NCBI GenBank assembly: GCA_963713865.1 | Contig: OY970208.1 | Coordinates: 96,001-160,000 of the forward strand | Direction: 5' to 3' | Source of the DNA: an uncultured candidate division Zixibacteria bacterium | GTDB taxonomy: Bacteria; Zixibacteria; MSB-5A5; RBG-16-43-9 | DNA: 64,000 nucleotides | In this document: in pieces, positions 59,488 through 64,000 of the stretch | Numbering within the stretch: the stretch's first letter is position 1 | How the letters are laid out: each line of letters begins with the position of its first letter | Program-made: the position numbers and the translations under genes | The notes under the pieces: generated by a model | Databases searched by the model: none | What the model saw: the letters and a program-made list of their open reading frames with translations, nothing else | Told to the model about the DNA's origin: nothing

Positions 59488-62198
59488 CTATTTCAGTAGG
59501 CTCATCTTAGCGGTCTTGGTGAAAGAGCCAGCCTGTATCCGGTAAAAATAGATACCAGACCCAACCTCTTCGCCCCGGTCGTTTTTACCCTCCCAGTAAA
59601 CATTTCTTACCCCTGCACTCTGGAATTCATCTACTAACACTTTTACTTTTCTGCCCAGAATATCATAAATGGTAAGCTTAACATAAGCATCTTCAGGCAA
59701 TCCATATTCTACGCGGGTCTCTAAGTTAAATGGATTGGGATAATTTTGACCTAAGAAGAAGTTTTCAGGGAGATTTCCACTTATAGAAGCTTTATCCGGG
59801 GTTGGGGCTATCTCACACAGATTCATTCGACCGGTGGTTACACTTAACTCTGGGCTCATATAGCTGGTGTCACCTTCTGAATCGAAGTAAAAAACATTAA
59901 GCCGATAAGCCTTTTGGGGTTCCAAGCATAGAGTATCAGCCAAAGTATATATCGGTCCTTCATATCTTAACACCCCAGTTCCACTGATCTTGATCACATA
60001 ATAGTTAACAGGTAGTTTCTGGTTTACAGGCATTGACAAGGATAGAAATACCCTGTTTGAATATCCGGTACATTCAAGTGGAGGCCCGGTGCCATAAAGA
60101 GAAGGTGTTGGTGTTTGTGATTCATAAGAGGCTGGGATAACCTTTGGATAACCATAGCTCACACATTCTACAGTAGCTTCAAAATCGGTAGGAGGGTTAG
60201 GTCTGGCTTTAATGACCTTTTCATTAGAATAATCGGAAACCTGATGAACATTATGTGACTTTGCTCTATAAGTATATCTTTCACTACCAACCAAATTGGT
60301 ATCAATCCAGGAGGTATAATTAGAATCCAGGGATGCTTTTTCTGACCATAGATTACTGGTGGCGTCCTTTCTTTCGAGTTTATAGCCGAGTTCGTTTATA
60401 TTAGGATCTGTCCAGCCTACTGAAATCCAGGGAGATGCACCGATATAACTTCTTGTGGCTCCTACAGTAGAAGCCAGAAGCTTAGGCTCACCTAAAACCG
60501 AATAAGCAAAACTTACATTCTCAGGTGCACAGGGAACAAAGCCCACATAATCACCATCTAAGGTCCATACTTCGTAGACATAGGAAAATAAAGTAGCAGT
60601 TGTTGACGTTATGCTACCTGGAACTGCATCGCAAAAGCCCATACCAAAGTTCGGACTTTCAGGAGAATAGCCATTTGTTGCATCTCCCAGTCCCCAGAAC
60701 ATAATTGGTACTCCAGAACTCCCTTGACAGGGTTATATTTTTTCTTGCCTCATATCTTTTCACAAAATAAACTCCTGGCGCAAGACCCGGGGTATCAAAG
60801 AAGGCAGTAGTATATACACCAGTATTCCCTGCCCGGTAAGCTCCAGAAGCACTGAATTGAGCAAAATAATTAGGATATCTCAAAAGCTCAAAAGCCTTAC
60901 GTGCATTAATCCGACCAGTGCCATACCAAGAATCCCAACCTGGATCGCCCTTGTCATCTGCTGATATTCTGATTATTTGCTCAATATCATCATTATACAG
61001 GCCACTTTTATAACCTTTGAGCAAGCTTGCCAGAACCGGTTACAAAAGGCGCAGCCATTGAGGTCCCGGCTAAATATCTGTAAAAAGGCGACTGATACCA
61101 ACAAGAGTAAATGTCACGGAGGGTATTATTAGGATATGGGTTTATTCCGCCAGGCGCTACTACATCAATATGATTTCCCGTGCTTGAATAGGAAGCGCGT
61201 ACATCGCCATCGGTTGTTGCACCAACAGCAGTTATCCCCTGACCATATGCAGCAGGATAAATTATGGGATTCCCTCTTTCATATTCATTGCCCATAGATG
61301 CGACTGATATCCTATTCATCTTATAAGCATATGCGAAAGCGCTTCTTTCCAGAGTACTATAATTGGTACCTCCATAACTATTATTTAATACTCCTGCACC
61401 CTCATTCACTGAGCTTATGATACCATTATAAATCTTGGTCAGATCTAAGTTGCCCTGGTCGTCTGTGCAGTTTTTAGCGATTATTTTAGCATTCCAATCA
61501 ACCCCAGCAATTCCAGTATCGTTATCTGTTTTTGCTGACGCAATACCTGCCACGTGCGTCCCGTGTCCCCAGGAATAGGTAGCATCACCTGAGACTTTTC
61601 CATATAAGTCAGGATGATTGCCATATACCCCATCGTCTATTATAGCTATTTTGATATTGGGGTTTCCGGTGGTTATCTCCCAGGCATCGGTAGCTTTAAT
61701 ATCTGCACCTTGAGTACCACCAGATTGACCAGTATTTTTCAACCCCCACTGGTTGGCGAAATAAAGATCATTTGGAATTATAGGAGAATGTATCTGCCGG
61801 GTTCCATTTGGCTCTGCAAAGATAACACCGGGAAGAGTATCTAAGACATTTGCAACAAGTTTGTTCGCTACTCCCTCTGGAAGCTGAATTTTAAAGACTA
61901 AGGAAAGGTCTAATTTTTTAATCGGCTCACCAGAGGGCGAGATTGCAATAGTATCTTTTAGGTCAAAATATGGAAAAGCTTTAAGGATAAGCTCTGGAGT
62001 GAAGCTGATTAAAACCGAACGGAGCGCATCAGGGTTTATAATAACAGAGTCTAAGGGTGCGGAAATTCTCCCTTCTGGCAGGATAATTGTTCCTGGCTTT
62101 ACCATAACAATTACCTCCCTTTCTGCCACAGAAAAAACAATACTATATGCCAGAAGCAACAATATAATTATCTGCCAGATAATTTTTTTAACGGACAT
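59488..62198 (-). CDS. S8 subtilisin-family protease with FN3 and T9SS/FlgD-type C-terminal domain (two 1-bp frameshifts)
   Basis: Signal peptide; catalytic AIIDDG, GHGTHVAG and GTSMAAP. The three track ORFs join after removing single Ts near 61034 and 60698. C-terminal QNYPNPFN...IYDILG..V...SGIYFY...KMSLLK. Confidence 0.85.
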
Positions 62199-62329
62199 TT
62201 CAGCCTCCTTCTAACTTATGTTGTAAAAAATTAATTAAGTGTGAGCAGATAAAAGAGTTTTAAGTAAATCCTGTAGGGTAAATAATCATCTTTTAACCTT
62301 GCATTTTTTTAAATTATATTTATATTTTA

Positions 62330-62438
62330 GGTGGAAACGAAAAGGGAAGTTCCCCCACGGGGAATTATCTCCTTTTCGAATCCACCGATTGCAGAGTTTT
62401 CTTCACTTAGCCGGTGCAGAACTCTGCAATCCTTTTTT
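62330..62438 (+). ncRNA. Candidate small RNA (two hairpins, own promoter and terminator)
   Basis: TTGCAT-N16-TATATT at 62299-62326, then a GGTGGA..TCCACC hairpin, then a GATTGCAGAGTT..AACTCTGCAATC hairpin followed by CTTTTTT. Confidence 0.4.
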
Positions 62439-63396
62439 ACTTCCCAAAAGTCAACTGTTTTTTATTACTTCCATCTGCATTCATTATAAATATCCTTCCA
62501 TAGTCTGGATGGACGTATGTGTAAGCTATGTATCTCCCATCCGGTGACCAAACTGGCTCATCCCCGCCTTCAGGGGTTAACATTTTTAAATTCTTACCAT
62601 CTGAATCCATTACATATATCACAGGTGCTGAATAATACATAGAACTAAAAGCTATCTTCTTCCCGTTCGGGGAGAAAACAGGATATCTATTGTCATGGTC
62701 TTTTAAAAAAGTCAACTGTTTTTGATTGTTTCCATTGGTATCTGAAACAAATATCTGGGGGCCGGTCCCTGGATACACAATGTAAATAAGTTGAGAACCA
62801 TCCGGAGACCAATCAGGGAACCGACCTGTGAAGGTATTGGGGACCATTTTCTTATCCAATCCATCCGTATTTATTATATATATGCCCCTTATTTCAGGAG
62901 GTTCTGTAACATCAAGGGCTATCTTCTTACCATCCGCTGACCAGTCAGGGAAGAAATTTCTGCCCTCAAAGGTTAATTGAGTTAAGCTGTCCCCATTTAG
63001 TTTTATCTTAAAAATTTGAGCATAATCTGAGAAAGCTAACCAGTTGCCATCCGGGGAAAAGTCAGGCGCATAAGTTCCAGCACCTCCATAGAAGAATCTC
63101 TTGTCAGTCCCATCTACGTTTATCAGAAATATCCCTGCTGGATCGTCTGGGTAGTCTAAACCTCCATGGGTGTAAGCAATAGTCTTTCCATCTGGTGACC
63201 AGGCAGGCTGCATATCAGTATATCTAGGCCAGTAATGTGGTAAGCCATCATCTGGGTTAGTGGGCTTATTCTTAGAGCAGCAAAGTGAAATTAAAAAGAG
63301 CAGGAATAATAAAAATAGCAGTGGATGTTTAAGTATTCTTTTAGTTTGAGTAAATGGAGGGTCCGAAAAGGAAAAACTCGATGATTGCATAGTCAT
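62437..63396 (-). CDS. TolB-like PD40-repeat beta-propeller lipoprotein
   Basis: Lipobox-like ISLCC; six P.WSPDG-type repeats. Confidence 0.88.
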   Translation of the reverse strand: MTMQSSSFSFSDPPFTQTKRILKHPLLFLLFLLFLISLCCSKNKPTNPDDGLPHYWPRYTDMQPAWSPDGKTIAYTHGGLDYPDDPAGIFLINVDGTDKRFFYGGAGTYAPDFSPDGNWLAFSDYAQIFKIKLNGDSLTQLTFEGRNFFPDWSADGKKIALDVTEPPEIRGIYIINTDGLDKKMVPNTFTGRFPDWSPDGSQLIYIVYPGTGPQIFVSDTNGNNQKQLTFLKDHDNRYPVFSPNGKKIAFSSMYYSAPVIYVMDSDGKNLKMLTPEGGDEPVWSPDGRYIAYTYVHPDYGRIFIMNADGSNKKQLTFGK

Positions 63397-63492
63397 TCCC
63401 TCTTTCTTCAGTTTTAAAAGGATTAGCTGACTTCCTTATCAAAATAAATCCCCCCACGTAAAAAAGTCAAGAACTTTTTTCAATAATTTTTT

Positions 63493-63533
63493 TCAATAAA
63501 AAAAGAGAGCTCCTGTAGGGGAAGCTCTCTTTG
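63493..63533. repeat. Terminator-like hairpin, direct-repeat copy B
   Basis: tcaataaaaaaagagagctcctgtaggggaagctctctttg. Confidence 0.8.
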
Positions 63534-63555
63534 GGCGCAAAAAACCTAAAGGCTT

Positions 63556-63609
63556 TTATTTCTTTTTTCCTTTTTTAGCCTTCTTGGCTGGCTTTTTCTT
63601 CATCGGCAT
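63556..63609 (-). CDS. 17-aa lysine-rich microprotein MPMKKKPAKKAKKGKKK
   Basis: Extended SD AAAGGAGGTGA upstream of the ATG, TAA stop, and a terminator hairpin directly downstream. Confidence 0.6.
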   Translation of the reverse strand: MPMKKKPAKKAKKGKKK

Positions 63610-63695
63610 CCTGGGTTTCACCTCCTTTCCTACAGATCCATTTTCAGGACCAGGTATAGGGTGAAAAAGTTGGCTTGGTTTTGTATTCGTGCCAA

Positions 63696-64000
63696 CTACT
63701 TATTTATATTTTTTACCTCCAGACTCTCCTTACCGAAATTTATCAACATTCCCAAAGGTAGTTTGGTAGCTTTTAGAAAGCTTTTCATCTTGGTTACCTC
63801 TGATTCATTCATCGGCTCTCCGGCTTTGATCATTACTATGATGCTGTTCTTCACCACAAATTCTAAATCATATTCTCCAGCTACACTTCCCTTATAAGAG
63901 AGTTTTATATTTTTCTTCCTTTCATATTCTATCTTTCTTAAATCGAACTCATAAGCTAAAGCCTGGCTATAAGCTGATTCCTGAAACCCCAAACCCATAT
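63696..64000 (-). CDS. GxxExxY family protein (PD-(D/E)XK-like; 5' end beyond window)
   Basis: GLGFQESAYSQAL and G.LINFG motifs. Confidence 0.85.
   Translation of the reverse strand, partial: MGLGFQESAYSQALAYEFDLRKIEYERKKNIKLSYKGSVAGEYDLEFVVKNSIIVMIKAGEPMNESEVTKMKSFLKATKLPLGMLINFGKESLEVKNINK

Noticed and set aside
421-63897. Numerous short ORFs antisense to or overlapping confident genes (e.g. 421-648, 1603-1857, 4716-5144, 10447-10815, 36101-36346)
   Set aside because: Shadow frames of well-supported genes, with no motifs or SD support.

Overview
AT-rich bacterial chromosome segment, mostly minus-strand. Gene content (T9SS-type C-terminal sorting domain, PorV-like protein, PEP-CTERM/exosortase locus, many TTG starts) suggests an FCB-related lineage such as Zixibacteria; this is inference only. 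Housekeeping blocks: ispG, yraN-rnhB, ffh-rpsP-khpA-rimM-trmD-rplS, rpe-PASTA-rsmB, a 2-oxoacid:ferredoxin oxidoreductase operon, hisS/aspS and phoH-HD-ybeY-CBS. Accessory blocks: a sigma54/PrsKR PEP-CTERM-exosortase locus (three GG-N10-GC promoters are visible), a plus-strand trehalose/MscS osmoadaptation cluster, and a TolB-like + S8 protease module bounded by a ~41-bp direct repeat. Features missing from the ORF track: (i) a lone integron gene cassette with a full attC, apparently inserted into a REP-like hairpin with no integrase in the window; (ii) a membrane-anchored STAND NTPase running off the left edge; (iii) a 17-aa Lys-rich microprotein; (iv) a candidate sRNA; (v) a probable ATT start for rimM. 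A Zn-ribbon-TPR-HEPN-like gene splits hisS from aspS. Intergenic DNA is dense with REP-like palindromes. Six single-base indels break otherwise intact genes and look like sequencing artefacts. No tRNA, rRNA or CRISPR array was seen.
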